DNA from: Squalus acanthias
Taxonomy: Eukaryota
Length of the DNA: 64,000 nucleotides
Assembly: GCA_030390025.1 (NCBI GenBank)
Contig: CM059432.1
Location: forward strand, 65,660,001-65,724,000
Reading direction: 5' to 3'
Positions 35,850 through 48,754 of this stretch are shown here, one piece after another. The notes below the pieces were generated by a model, which saw only the letters and a program-made list of their open reading frames with translations, was not told where the DNA came from and searched no databases. Position 1 is the stretch's first letter, and the number at the start of each line of letters is the position of its first letter. The position numbers were made by a program, and so were the translations under genes.

Positions 35850-37928
35850 GGGGGGAATTTTAACCTAAAAAGTGGGTGGGTTGGGGGCGGTGGGTAGTTA
35901 AAGTGTTGAAAAATCTGAAACACGACCTGAACACGTCTCCAACCCGCCCACTTCCAGTTTTAATAGGGGGTGGGAAGCCAATCCGCTGCCAGGAGGCGGG
36001 CCATCTCTTTAAATATTATTAAGAGGCTGGAAGCCTCTGATATAACCTCCATTTTGAATTTAACTTTAGCTGGTCGGGTTTTGCACGCCTCATGAAACCT
36101 GCCAGCTAATGGAAGGCGAGGACTGCTGGATTCAGGAGGTAAGTGCCTTTACGCTTACCTCCTGGATTCAGGGTCCCTACCGAACCCAACCCCGCAATTG
36201 GAGACCCTTGACATTCAACGGTATTACCATCGCCGAATCCCCCACCATCAATATCCTGAGGGTCACCATTGACCAGAAACTTAACTGGACCAGCCACATA
36301 AATACTGTGGCAACAAGAGCAGGTCAGAGGCTGGGTATTCTGCAGCGAGTGTCTCACACCTCCTGACTCCCCAAAGCCTTTCCGCCATCTACAAGGCACA
36401 AGTCAGGAGCGTGATGGAATACTCTCCACTTGCCTGGATGAGTGCAGCTCCAACAACACTCAAGAGGCTCAACACCATCCAAGACAAAGCAGCCCACTTG
36501 ATTGACACACCATCCACCACCTTAAACATTCACTCCCTCCACCATCTACAAGATTCACTGCAGCAACTCGCCAAGGCTTCTTCGGCAGCACCTCCCAAAA
36601 TCACAACCTCTACCACCTAGAAGGACAAGGGCAGCAGGCACATGGGAACACCATCACCTCCAAGTTCCCCTCCAAGTCACACACCATCCTGACTTGGAAG
36701 TATATCGCCGATCCTTCATAGTCGCCGGGTCAAAATCCTGGAACTCCCTCCCTAACAGCACTGTGGGAGTACCTTCACCACACGGACTGCAGCAGTTCAA
36801 GAAGGCAGCTCACCACCACCATCGCAAGGGCAACAAGGGATGGGCAATAAATGTTGGCCTTGCCCACGACGCCCAAGTCCCATGAACGAACAAAAAAAAG
36901 ACCCCCACAAGGCCTCTGATCTCCCCCCACCCCCCCCAGGCCTCCGATCTCTCCACGAGGTCCCCCCCCAGGCTGCTGATCCCCTCCATGAGGCCTCCCC
37001 CCGCCCCGCTCCTCACGCTCTCCCTGTGCTCCTCCCGACCTGCGATCTCTGCCTCCCGCCCCCCCACCCCCAGGTCAGATCTCAGGACAAAGCTGAGCAC
37101 TTCCCATCATAAATGGTATTAACTACTGCCACATGTAATGCATTATTAGATTAGTACATTCTCAGTGGTTTTCAGTTTTTTGGGAAGGGCAAATATTTTT
37201 CTCAGCTCATGGATGTGAGTACCAGAAAATTAATTATTTTGCCACAACCATTGACAAAATCAGGCATTCCTAGCCAGGTAAACGTCCATCAATACTGCTC
37301 CACCAATGTGCCTTGACTTCAGTTTCAGAGAAGCATTAAAGTTATATTTTTTACATCCCACACCAGAGGGCCAGATTGTGGATAGGCTTTTTTGTCTAAA
37401 ATATATGATCACCAGGAACAAGATTGGGCTGAATTTTAATGAGGAAGGCGGGTTGGGAGCCGGGGGTGGGTTGGCTCCAAGGTGGACGGGAAACCCGGGA
37501 GAATGGGTTTCCCGGAGGCCCTGCCAAATTTAATGGCAGGGCCTGATTTGCATGGGAAGCCTCTGTTTCCCACCCGCAGCCAGCCAGGTTGAGAGGTTGG
37601 CTGGCTCCGAGCGGGTAGGCCTGCGGCACTAGGCCGCACAGAGGAGGGAAGGAGGGATTGCGTGGGGGGCGTGGAGTGGCCAGAGGAGCAGGGGGGAGGG
37701 TGCAAAAAAGATCGGGGGCTGGGAAGTAGCCAGAGGAGCACGAGGCGGAGCAGGGGGGTGGGGGTGGGGTCGGAAGTGACCGCGGGCTGGGGAGTGGCAG
37801 AAGGAGCAGGGGGGAGGGTGTGAAGAAGATCGGGGGCCGGGAAGCGGCCGGAGAAGCTGGGGTGGCAGGGGTCGGAAGCGATCACGGGCCGGGACTAGCA
37901 CGGGTGGTGGGGGGTGGGGGGGGGGGGG
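35850..37928. mobile_element. Harbinger-type MITE split by a LINE insertion and an inversion (left half 35850-37070, inverted right half 37426-37928)
   Basis: Both TIRs now face the same way (GGGGGGAATTTTAA at 35850, GGGCTGAATTTTAA at 37426). The flanks AAT and ATT (= AAT inverted) form the TSD. Confidence 0.8.
36207..36899 (+). mobile_element. LINE family 'B' 3' fragment
   Basis: PLTFNGITIAESPTINIL.VTIDQKLNW, MEYSPLAWMSAA and an A-rich tail. Confidence 0.9.
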
Positions 37929-39994
37929 TTTGTCCTGAGATCTGACCTGTACAATATTATGTCCTATAATTCCATAATGATAAAATGTAGTAATCATAGT
38001 AATTTTTGAAAGAAACATTCCCTGTAATTCTGAGCCTAGGTCATGGTGCCTAGTTTCAGCATACACATGGAATTATGTTGTGCCTAAAGATGCAAATCCA
38101 AAATTTTCCTACAAACCAGCAGGTTTGGATTAGAAATGAATCAATGCCTGAGTAAATATTCTTTTAAATATACAATTGCCATTAATAGGATTCCTATTAA
38201 CTGGTGCAATATACAGACACAAATAAGCTGATCATCCTGGAACTGTGAAAACCATCCATGTCAATTGGATTAGCAATGACCAGTTAAAATCTTCATGAAA
38301 ACAATGTTTGGCACATCTATTTGTAGAAGGGCGTGCTTCATTTCCTGCACAATAATATCATGTGCAAATGACATAATAATGTGGCCTGAAATAATGTACA
38401 TAATCGTATTATGTGTTTTAAACAAATGGGAAGATAGCCAGGAACTTTTTCCACAAAGGCAGTGTTACTTCATGGCATAAACTGTTACTAATCTGGTCTG
38501 CTGGACTCCGTACTCCAAGAAAGATCTGCAATGGATTAGGAAATTCATCTCTAACAGTAGTCAGAATTATGCCTTTTATTTAGAATTGATATAGTTATTA
38601 AATTTTTTAAGGTACTTTTTTAGCGACTCAATTTGCTTATTTAAACATGAATATGTTGTAGTCAACATAATTGGAAAACACAAACTCGTTCTGAAATATT
38701 TGTCAGAACAACAATATAACAATTTTTCCATGTTGAAAGTAAAGTTGAAACCTGCGCTGAGTAAATCGCTTAGCAGTACCCGGCTTTTTAAAAATAATTC
38801 TTGGTTACACTGGCCACCCTGTATAGTGGGAAAATTGCATTGACACCAACGTGCCTGCTATAAGCGATGGGAACTGTACTTTGAATGTGCTTGTTACATT
38901 ACATTCAAGTTTAAGATATATTGATACCTCTTCTGTAAACAACTTTCATCATTAGCTACAAAAAGGCATTTCTTCTCGCCCTCCCCATCATGTGCAACTC
39001 TTCTCACACCAAAATCTGAGTAAAATATCCATACAACATATGCCAGTACAAACAGGTGATGCACAGTTTCTGCCTGTAACTCAAGAAGAACCAAGTAGTC
39101 CAGAGCCCCTTCCTGGAGGCCTAGGCGATGCAAGTATCTCCTTCCCACGAACAGAAATCCAACCCCCCCGCCACCCCGAAGGGAAAGTAGATCAGCATGG
39201 GAAGAGCAATAAACTCAATGCAGTCCTCCACCCCAAGCTAGGAGTGATGAGCTAATCCTGTAAGACTGCCAATCCATGTAGCAGAATCCCATTACTTACT
39301 TCCCCCCAACCATAGCCCAAATGATCCTAAGGGCCCATAACTAAACAAATAGATTAATCACTTAAAAGTACACTGTCCCAGCAAATGTATGATCCATGCC
39401 AGAAACCCTAATGTACTAATCCATTTGCCCAAAATACTGATGTAACCTCCCATATGTTTTCTGTGATAATCTGTACAGTGACTTTACAAATATATCAATG
39501 TAATTTTATAGACATAAATATATAATAACTAAATAAGTGTTTAGATCATATTATAGTTAAATCTTAATGAATAACATATTTGTCAAGAAATTTTATTTTT
39601 GGATCATGGGTACAGTATTCTTGGATCTGGAATTTTGTATGGTGTGAGTTAGGAATATTGTGCGTTGGAATTCTATGTTTGGCTCACATATGCATTTGTT
39701 TGAATTTGTTGCACACTTTATTAGGTCTGATTAACAGATAACATTGTGGCCCTCCATAGTGAACAATAAATTGTACATTCTTATTACATTTTCACTTCAT
39801 AATTAGAACCCAAAATAGTAACCTTTAAATTAATAGAAATGTTCAGCAGTGGCATTGAATCTAAAACTATTAACACATTTTAACTATCACTATTATCTCT
39901 CACAGCTACAATTTCATGAGACTGTGCTTGAATTCTTGTTATAATAGATTGGTAGCAGCAGCTGAATTATTAAAGAAGTCTCTGCTCCTGAGTT

Positions 39995-40215
39995 GTTATG
40001 AACAAAGACGGACAGGAAAAGACCCTCTGGTCCATCCAGCCTGCCCCACACAATTGTGATACCTTGTGTATCACAATATATACACTCTCCAACCCACCCA
40101 AAACCATGTGATCTCCTGGGAGAGGTGAAAAGCCAGATAAAAACTTAGGCAAATTTGGGGGTGAAAAAAATCTATAACATTCCTCTCCGACCCCCCTAGG
40201 CAATCCAAACTAGTT
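39995..40215 (-). mobile_element. Probable CR1-type 3' UTR fragment
   Basis: acaggaaaagaccctctggtccatccagcctgcc resembles other CR1 tail hairpins (e.g. 60590). Confidence 0.5.
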
Positions 40216-42035
40216 CAATAATACATTACAGTATCTTAAATGTTATAAAGTAAGGATATTCATACATTTGCCTTCCTGAGCCACATAGGTGTGTACCATG
40301 TGGCTTTGGGAGCAATATATACATCTGGGATTACTGTGGGGGTTGACCCAATCTCTCGCTATAACTTCAGCAGAAACTTCAGAGAAACAGTGCTAACTGC
40401 CATTTATCATTTCTCTGGGCTTTCTCCCAATCTTCTTCCGAATTTACAGCAGATGATCAGGAGAACCCCAGTGGCAATTCTGTTCTATAAAGTTTAACTC
40501 TAAGTTGCCATTAATTTTCACATATCACGAGTTGCTGATACTATCAGATCTCGGTGCTCTGAGTTAGGATTTATCCACTAACGGGACTACAGCACTAGAA
40601 ATAGTTCTATTCAATCCTCCGGAGCCACAAAATTCAAACAGTAAAAACTAGCAAGTAAGAAATAAGCACATCTAGGACTAAAGTGCTTTGGCTTTGTGAG
40701 CCGATTGACAGAGTTCAGGGGCTGCATGTAGCCCTCAGACTACAGGTTAGACACCCCTGTTATAAAAGGACACTGATGGGGGTCTCTGGCATATTCTCCT
40801 CTGCACTCAAAGGTATCTGAATAAATAGATCAATAAAACTGATAGAATGGGTGAAAAATTCTGTTTCTACTAAATCTTACTCCCATTGGAAGATAACTGA
40901 AAAGAAGAAGAAAAAAATATTTGCTAAGGCCTCATAAAATGCCAAACAAGAGAAACTCCTGCTGAATTGTGCAGGAAGGGAGTTATAATGGAAATGAAGC
41001 TCTGCACACCAATTCCGATTTGGTGAATGTCAGAGGAGAGGAAGATGATTAAGCATCACCAGAGTACGAACACAAATGAATATTATAGAGGAGTTTTGAA
41101 TCAGCATCATAGGAGCAATTTCATCTGGTCCCAGCTAATGGGCCTAATCAATATTCCCAGGTAGCTTCTGTGTTGTTGGGAGTTAACCCCTTACAGACTG
41201 AATTCAACAGAAGAGCAACACCATAGCATAAATTAACCCCAAATCCCTCCTAGACCAAAAAGGCAAAAATTTCAAAGTGTGATATCCTTGGTTAGAAAAC
41301 ATTTGGGTTGCAAAGGACCAGATCCGGTTCGAACCAATCATCAGGGCCATACAATTTTTCCCAGTGTATGTGGACAGTATGTTGATTTGATTTCTTTGCT
41401 AATAACTGTGCATGTTCAATTTGTTTTATTTTTTCTCAACAACCAACAATTGATTGAGTGCCTGTGGTGTTTCAGCACATGCGATGTACATCTTCAATGG
41501 ACCAGATTTTGCTGGAACAGGGCATCTCGCGGTGTGCCCCATTAGTTAGACTTAAAATTGCACATAATCAGACGTAAAATTGCGAGCTGATAACAACGCG
41601 GTGAGGGCAACAGAGCATTTGGGATCTTGCTGAACGACAGGACCAACAGTGTATCTCCTTAACCAATGAGATTGAAGGATTGAGAAATAAACAGAGGAGG
41701 GATTGAGAAGGAGGGGGAATGGCGGAGCAGACTCGAGGGGCCATAGGGCCTACTCCTGCTCCTAATTCTTATTAGAGTGGGTGAATTGAATGTCAAATCT
41801 GGTACAGAAAGAGAAATAAAGAGAGGGAAAGAAAGATTTGATTAAGAGAGAGAAAAAAAGAGACAGAAAGGAAAAGTAAGAAAGAAAATGAAAAAAATTA
41901 AATTTGGCATTTTTAAAATCTCCTAAAACAATTCACAAACTGAGGGAATGAGACTCCACACTTATAATTGTTTACTTTCTGGACAAGAAATGTTGATTGG
42001 CAGTTATCAACAATTATCACATTGTTAAAAGGGTA

Positions 42036-44902
42036 CTTTTTAAATTAATTCCTGGGATGTGGGTGTCGCTGGCAAGGCCAGCATTTATTGCCCATCCCTA
42101 ATAGCCCTTGAGAAGGTGGTGGTGAGCCGCCTTCTTGAACTGCTGCAGTCCGTGTGGTGAAGGTACTCCCACAGCGCGGTTAGGGAGGGAGTTCCAGGAT
42201 TTTGACCCAGTGACGATGAAGGAACGACGATATATTTCCAAGTCAGGATAGTGTGTAACTTGGAGGTGGTGATGTTCCCAAGCACCTGCTGCCCTTGTCC
42301 TTCTAGGTGGAAGAGGTCACGGGTTTGGGAGGTGCTGTCAAAGAAGCCTTGGCGAGTTGTTGCAGTGCATCTTGTAGATGGTACACACTGCAGCCACAGT
42401 GCGCCGATGGTGGAGGGAGTGAATGTTTAAGGTGGTGGATGGGGTGCCGATCAAGCAGTTTGCTTTGTTCTGGATGGTGTCGAGCTTCCTGAGTGTTGAT
42501 GGAGTGGCACTCATCCAGGCAAGTGGAGAGTATTCCATCACACTCCTGACTTGTGCCTTGTAGATGGTGGAAAGGCTTTGGGGAGTCAGGAGGCGAGACA
42601 CTCACCACAGAATACCCAGCCTCTGACCTGCTCTTGCAGTATTTATGTGGCTGGTCCAGTTAAGTTTCTGGTCAATGGTGGCTCCCAGGATGTTAATGGC
42701 GGGGGAATTTGGCGATGGTAATTCTGTTGAATGTCAAGGGGCGGTGATTAGCCTCTCTCTTGTTGGAGATAGTCATTGCCTGGCACTTGTGTGGTGCAAA
42801 TGTTACTTGCCACTTATCAGCCCAAGCCTGAATGTTGTCCAGGTCTTGCTGCATGCGGGCATGGACTGCTTCATTATCTGAGGAGTTGTGAATGGAACTG
42901 AACACTGTGCAATCATCAGCGAACGTCCCCACTTCTGATCTTATGATAGAGGGAAGGTCATTGATGAAGCAGCTGAAGATGGTTGGGCCTAGGACACTGC
43001 CCCGAGGAACTCCTGCAGCGATGTCCTGGGGCTGAGATGATTGACCTCCAACAACCACAACCATCTTCCTTTGTGCTAGGTATGACTCCAGCCAGTGGAG
43101 AGTTTTCCCCCTGATTCCCATTGACTTCAATTTTACTAGGGCTCCTTGATGCCACACTCAGTCAAACACTGCCTTGATGTCAAGGGCAGTCACTCTCACC
43201 TCACCTCTGGAATTCAGCTCTTTTGTCCATGTTTGCACCAAGGCTGTAATGAGGTCTGGAGCCGAGTGGTCCTGGCGGAACCCAAACTGAGCATCAGTGA
43301 GCAGGTTATTGGTGAGTAAGTGCCGCTTGATAACACTGTTGACAACACCTTCCATCACTTTGCTGATGATTGAGAGTAGACTGATGGGGCGCTAATTGGC
43401 CTGATTGGATTTGTCCTGCTTTTTGTGGACAAGACATACTTGGGCAGTTTTCCACATTGTCGGGTAGATGTCAGTGTTGTAGCTGTACTGAATCAGCTTG
43501 GCTAGAGGTGCAGCTAGTTCTGGAGCACAAGTCTTCAGCACGACAACAGGGATGTTGTCAGGGCCCATAACCATTGTTGTATCCAGTGTGCTCAGCTGTT
43601 TCTTGATATCACGTGGAGTGAATCGAATTGGCTGAAGACTGGCTTCTGTGATGGTAAGAATGTCAGGAGGAGGCTGATATAGATCATCCACTTGGCACTT
43701 CTGGCTGAAGATGGTTGCAAACGCTTCAGCCTTGACTTTTGCACTCACGTGCGGGATCCGCCATCATTGAGGATGGGGCTGTTCATGGAGCCTCCTCCTC
43801 CTGTTAGTTGTTTAATGGTCCACCACCATTCACAACTGGATGTGGCAGGACTGCAGAGCTTTGATCTGATCCATTGATTGTGGGATCGCTTAGCTCTATC
43901 TATAGCAAACTGCTTTCACTGTTTAGCATGCATGTAGTCCTGTGTTGCAGCTTCCCCAGGTATGCACCTCATTTTTAGGTACGCCTGGTGCAGCTCCTGG
44001 CATACTCTTCTGCACTCCTCATTGAACCAGGGTTGGTCCCCTGGCTTGATGGTAATGGTAGAGTGAGGGATATGCTGGGCCATGAGGTTACAGATTGTGG
44101 TGGAGTACAATTCTGCTGCTGCTGATGGCCCACTGCACCTCATGGATGCCCAGTTTTGAGCTGCTAGATCTGTTCTGAATCTATCCCATTTAGCACAGTG
44201 TTAGTGCCACACAACATGATGGAGAGTGTCCTCAGTGAGAAGACGGGTCTTCATCTCCACAAGGACTGTGCGGTGGTCAATGCTACCAATGCTGTCGTGG
44301 ACAGATACATCTGCGACAAGTAGATTGGTGAGGACGAGGTCAAGTGGGTTTTTCCCTCGTGTTGGTTCTCGTACCACCTGCCGCAGGCCCAGACTGGCAG
44401 CTATGTCCTTCAGGACTCAGCCAGCTTGGTCAGTAGTGGTGCTACTGAGCCACTCTTGGTGATGGACATTGAAGTCCCCCACCCAAAGTACATTCTGTGC
44501 CCTTGCTACTCTCAGTGCTTCTTCCAAGTGGTGTTCAACATGGAGGAGTACTGATTCATCAGCTGAGGGAGGGCGGTAGGTGGTGTATGAACACACAATT
44601 GTCTGTTCAACGGGTCTGAACTTTGGAAACTGTTGGACAGGGCGAGGGGAAATTTCCGCATGTCTTACAGTGGTAATCAGCAGGAGGTTTCCTTGCCCTG
44701 AAGCCATGAGACTTCATGAGGTCCAGAGTCAATGTTGAGGACTCCCAGGGCCACTTCCTCCCATATACCACTGTACCGCCACTTCTGGTCTGTCCTGCCG
44801 ATGGGACAGGACATACCCAAGGATGGAAGAGTCTGGGCCATTGGCTGAAAGGTATGATTCAGTCAGGCTGTTACTTGACTAGTCTGTGTGACAGCTCTCC
44901 CA
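42036..44902 (-). mobile_element. LINE family 'B', near-complete but degraded ORF2 (APE + RT)
   Basis: TTYRPPSADES, WVGDFNVHH, PWFNEEC, QFGFR, ALDIKAVFD, GTFADDCT and LNIHSLHHRR across ORFs at 42085-44707. Confidence 0.93.
44584..44669. mobile_element. 86-bp LTR-like mini-insertion
   Basis: TGTA...TACA termini and a perfect 4-bp TSD GTGG (44580-44583, 44670-44673), inside the LINE endonuclease region. Confidence 0.72.
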
Positions 44903-45118
44903 GTTCACTAAAGGACATTAGTGAACCAGATGGGTTTTTACGACAATCCAATAGTTTCATGGTCACCATTACTGATACTAATCTTTTTATTCCAGATTTA
45001 TTTAATTAACTGAATTTAAATTCTGCTGCCGTGGTGGGATTTGAACTCATGTTTCTGGATCATTAGTCCAGGACTCTGAATTACTAGTCCAGTAACATAA
45101 CCACTATGCTACCGTTCC
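44903..45118 (-). mobile_element. tRNA-derived SINE 5' half fused to the LINE ORF2
   Basis: A box TAGCATAGTGG (45101-45111) and B box GAGTTCAAATCC (45037-45048). The body is shared with the SINE at 32436-32700. Confidence 0.82.
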
Positions 45119-46024
45119 ATTGCGCTAATAATTACTAGAATTAACTTTCTGTGCTGAGTTTAATGGGCAATTAATGTGCAAATGCAACAACTACATGAAA
45201 ATCAGGGGGAGGTTAAGTGTGAGATGTCGTTTTTGTGAAGCTAATGGCGCAAATCAGCCAGCAACTTGTTCCGATTCGCAATTCACGGGATATCTCTTCC
45301 TCACCACAATTTGCTGGCCGATTTGTGCATTAATAACAGCAAGCGTCATTCAAACGCCATTATTTTTCCAGCAAAACCTTGCCCATTATGTTTATCTGCT
45401 ATTTTTATGCCATGAGATTTGTGAATTTCTGCATTATAGTGGTATATCTATGCCCTCCTTCTAAATGCTCCCTGAACTGAGGGAGGCATCTTGTGGAGGG
45501 TTACCTGATGATAGAGAATAGCCACTGACATTACCATATCTCTCAACTGGTCCTGTGCTTTTTCATTCACGCACTACCAGAAGATATGTTCTCTTGAGAT
45601 CCACAGAGTGTTGAACAGTGAGCTTTCATTAGGACTTTGAATCCTTCACTCAAGGTTGTCCATAAGCATTCTCTAAATGGATCAAACCAACCCTTGGCAG
45701 CTCATCAGTTTTTTGGCTCCAAAGCCTCCATGGTGCAAATTCTCTTACTGCTGCGCCTCTGGCCTCTGTTCTGTGGTCACCACTGCAACTACTGCTGGTG
45801 CTTCCTGCACAATGACAGGACTACAGTGCAGACAACTTTTTGTCCACCGCTTGCACTGCCATGTAGATGGAGACAAGTAACTGCTCATCATGATCCATGT
45901 ATTGTAATACCTCTGTAGGAAACTAGGCCTGCTAAACACTTGATCAAAGTCAGCTGATGATGGGCTTTAAGTACACTGGATCTCTGCCCTGCATCTGTTG
46001 ACCCCTCATATGTACAATTACATA

Positions 46025-46330
46025 CATAGAATCTATAGCACAGAAACAGGCCATTCGGCCCAATGGGTCTATGCCAGTGTTCATACTCCACTCAAGCCTC
46101 CTTCCAGTCTAATTACCTCTTGCCATCCAGCCCCCTTATCCATCTATTGACTTCTCTCTCATGTATCCATCAAACCTTCCCTCAAATGATTCATAGCTAT
46201 ATACTTCAACCACTCCACGTGGTAGCAAGTTCCACATTCTCACCACTCTCTGTGTAAAGAATTTTCTTCTAAATTCTTCATTTAATGTGTTAGTGGCTAT
46301 CTTATATTTATCCCCCTTTGTTCTGGAGTC
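46025..46330 (-). mobile_element. Old CR1 3' end
   Basis: catagaatctatagcacagaaacaggccattcggccc tail, plus ttccacattctcaccactctctgtgtaaaga (FTQRVVRMWN on the minus strand). Confidence 0.75.
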
Positions 46331-46608
46331 ACACCTCTTTGAGGCCTTAGTACCTGCACCTGGACTAGTTGATGTAACATAAATTGCAAATCATACAATA
46401 TCTAAATATTATAAAATATTCTTTCGTGTGCATCTCGTTCAATCTGAGTAGGTCCAAAGCTTTGCAAAGCCACACTCCATATTAGTACACTAAATATATT
46501 CAAAAGCAGTTAAAGGCTTCTCCCTGTGAAGGTCCACAAGCTGTGCAATTCGTACCCTCCTACTGTGTGTGAGTTTGGCCTTTATCAGGGTCTGGATTAA
46601 GACACAAT

Positions 46609-46916
46609 GGGGTAGATTTTCATCTTCACCGCCTGGGCAGTGATCGGGAAGAGTGGATCATATGCCCTTTATAGAAATTGCACGAGTTTCAGGGCTTGTT
46701 ATTGTCATTACATTACATGTGATGTAATTTATTTTAACCTGATGTTTTCAATTATTCTTACTATGTGCTTAACATGTCAAAAAGCTCATTGGTGGCCTGT
46801 GCTGGAGGTAAAAAGTAAAATGGTGATCCCGACAGCAAGTGCCAGCAATGGCAACGAGTTACTTTTGCTACCAACAACACTTGCCCATCACAGGCAAATG
46901 CAGCAAAATTGCTTCC
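46609..46916. mobile_element. Degenerate Harbinger-type MITE
   Basis: GGGGTAGATTTT start and AAAATTGCTTCC end, flanks AAT/AGT. Confidence 0.55.
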
Positions 46917-47794
46917 AGTGCTGATATGTCAAACACACTACAGAAGTGCCTCGAATAGCACGTGTGCCATCAGATCCAACAGTATAAGGTAAGTGGGATA
47001 TGAGATCAGTAGCATTTACTTCACTGCAGACCAGAGATTTTCATTCCAGCTGTGCTGGGGTGAAGCAAAGATGAGTGTACAGTGACATAAAGTGCCACAA
47101 AAGTATTCTGCTTTCTGCAGGCATGCAGAGCACATCAAAGGCTCAGCCCCATGTAAGACCAGCAGCCTGTTTACACTACACTTATACAACAACCATACCA
47201 ATAGATTTAGTAGGGTGAGATTGTGTACTGGACTAATATTAATCTGAGAGGCTTACAAAACACAAGGTTCATTTTTTGAGTGGGGTGGAGTCCCCACTGG
47301 CCTCACTCCAGCACAATCTTTGCTGCGTAAATTATTGGTAGTTACAACTCAACCATGTCAGCTCTGGTCCCAAGCCCAATATACCTCAATTCAAAGTTCA
47401 TAGTTGTTGAGAAACATGATTTTTATACAACTACATCTATGATTATAAATTCCTAACTATAGGAAAAGGGTCATTCCAGTTCACTCTACTAAATCTCAAA
47501 GGGATTGATTAAAACCTCACTCAGAAAAACGTGATTCCAGACCACAGTTCCAGAATCTTTCCGACACTTAATATATTTATTTTTCAGAACTAGCCAATAT
47601 TTCCAGAAAGCAGCACTTCCAAATGTCAACATAGCCTCACAGAATAAGCAACTGATCCCTAGCATGTCCAAAGATTATTATTACTGAAGAGGGGTTTGTA
47701 ATTTAAGCCATTAGCAAATAAAGTACAGTTTCCACACAATTTTCAGAAAATAGTTGACAGCTCCAGACAATGGCTCTGCCTTTCTGCACACGGT

Positions 47795-47980
47795 GGGGTA
47801 GAAACCCGCCTCGGACGATGGTGCAAAACCTACGGTGTAGGATTGGCAGCCCGTTATACGCAGCACTTGATATTTCATTCCATTGACTGCAATGGAACTG
47901 AATATTGGGCGCTGTGTATAACAGGGGGGCAATGCAATACCGCCCGTCTTGTGCTGCCGCCCGAGACAAATTTCTAACCC
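47795..47980. mobile_element. Palindromic Harbinger-type MITE (186 bp)
   Basis: GGGGTAGAAA / TTTCTAACCC ends, GGT TSD, central hairpin ttccattg-actg-caatggaa. Confidence 0.8.
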
Positions 47981-48554
47981 GGTTAGTTTTAAGGTTTTTT
48001 TTTCTCTTACTTATTAAAATATATTTTCAGTAAGCTGAAATCAACTGGAGCTAATACTTATGCAGGACTAATCCAATCACTGTAGGCTCTACTTATTCAG
48101 CCCATAGCATGAAATAATCTGGCTTCCCAAAGTTCAGTACAAACTAATTCCGCAGCTCTTTTCACACACAACGGTAAACTTTGCACAAAACAACAAAAAA
48201 ACTCAGCAGGTGCCAATAAACTGGCATTTCATTTTTGCTGGCATCCTTTTCGTACTTCCCCATTCATTTCAAAAGCAGTCACTTTAACATCAGTTATATG
48301 ATTCAAAAACCACAGAAGTTACAGCAGATAGCTTTGAAAAACAGAAGTTAAAACAAAGTCTTTTCAGCAGCACAGAACAATCTTTAAATGTATTCCCAAA
48401 CTGAGATTAATTTGGCCTACTTCATAAACGTAATTGCACTTCAGACTTAATAGTTCCGCAGACTACATGATTACCATAACAAGTCAGAAGTTAACTGAAC
48501 TCAGGTTGTGAAACAAACTTTCAAAACAGTTCTAAAAGAAAGTTCTGTACTTAC

Positions 48555-48712
48555 AGGATAACAGTCTGCGGTGCTACTTTGGGGATGTGATCCAGCATCA
48601 AGTGCATACAGCGGACAGTGGTTCTGAAGCACAGACACCGGCTTGGGCAGGAGGAGAGTGCAGGGAAGAGGAGAAAGAAAATAGTTACGAAAAGGAAACA
48701 TTTGCGTCCCAT
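48555..48712 (-). CDS. PXDNL: First coding exon of a peroxidasin-family gene (signal peptide + LRR N-cap), most similar to peroxidasin-like
   Basis: Translates as MGRKCFLFVTIFFLLFPALSSCPSRCLCFRTTVRCMHLMLDHIPKVAPQTVI(L), ending in phase 2 at a GTAAGT donor (48549-48554). CPSRCLCF..TVRCMHL is the peroxidasin N-cap. MHLMLDHIP matches human PXDNL as recalled. The family call is firm; the PXDN vs PXDNL call is less so. Confidence 0.9.
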
Positions 48713-48754
48713 CCTGAGAGAGATCAGAGCAGTGGCAGTGCCTGGAGCTGCAGA

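Larger units (their letters stand above)
41499..45384. mobile_element. Harbinger-type MITE hosting a 3-kb SINE/LINE insert and a short CR1 tail (about 41717-41772)
   Basis: TIR GGACCAGATTTTGCTGGAA / TTCCAGCAAAACCTTGCCC, flanks AAT/ATT. Confidence 0.82.

Noticed and set aside
37436..38066. Proline-rich ORFs
   Set aside because: Translation of the G/C-rich low-complexity MITE core.
38808..38825. TA-CAGGGTGGCCAG, resembling a Tc1/mariner terminus
   Set aside because: No partner TIR or transposase found.
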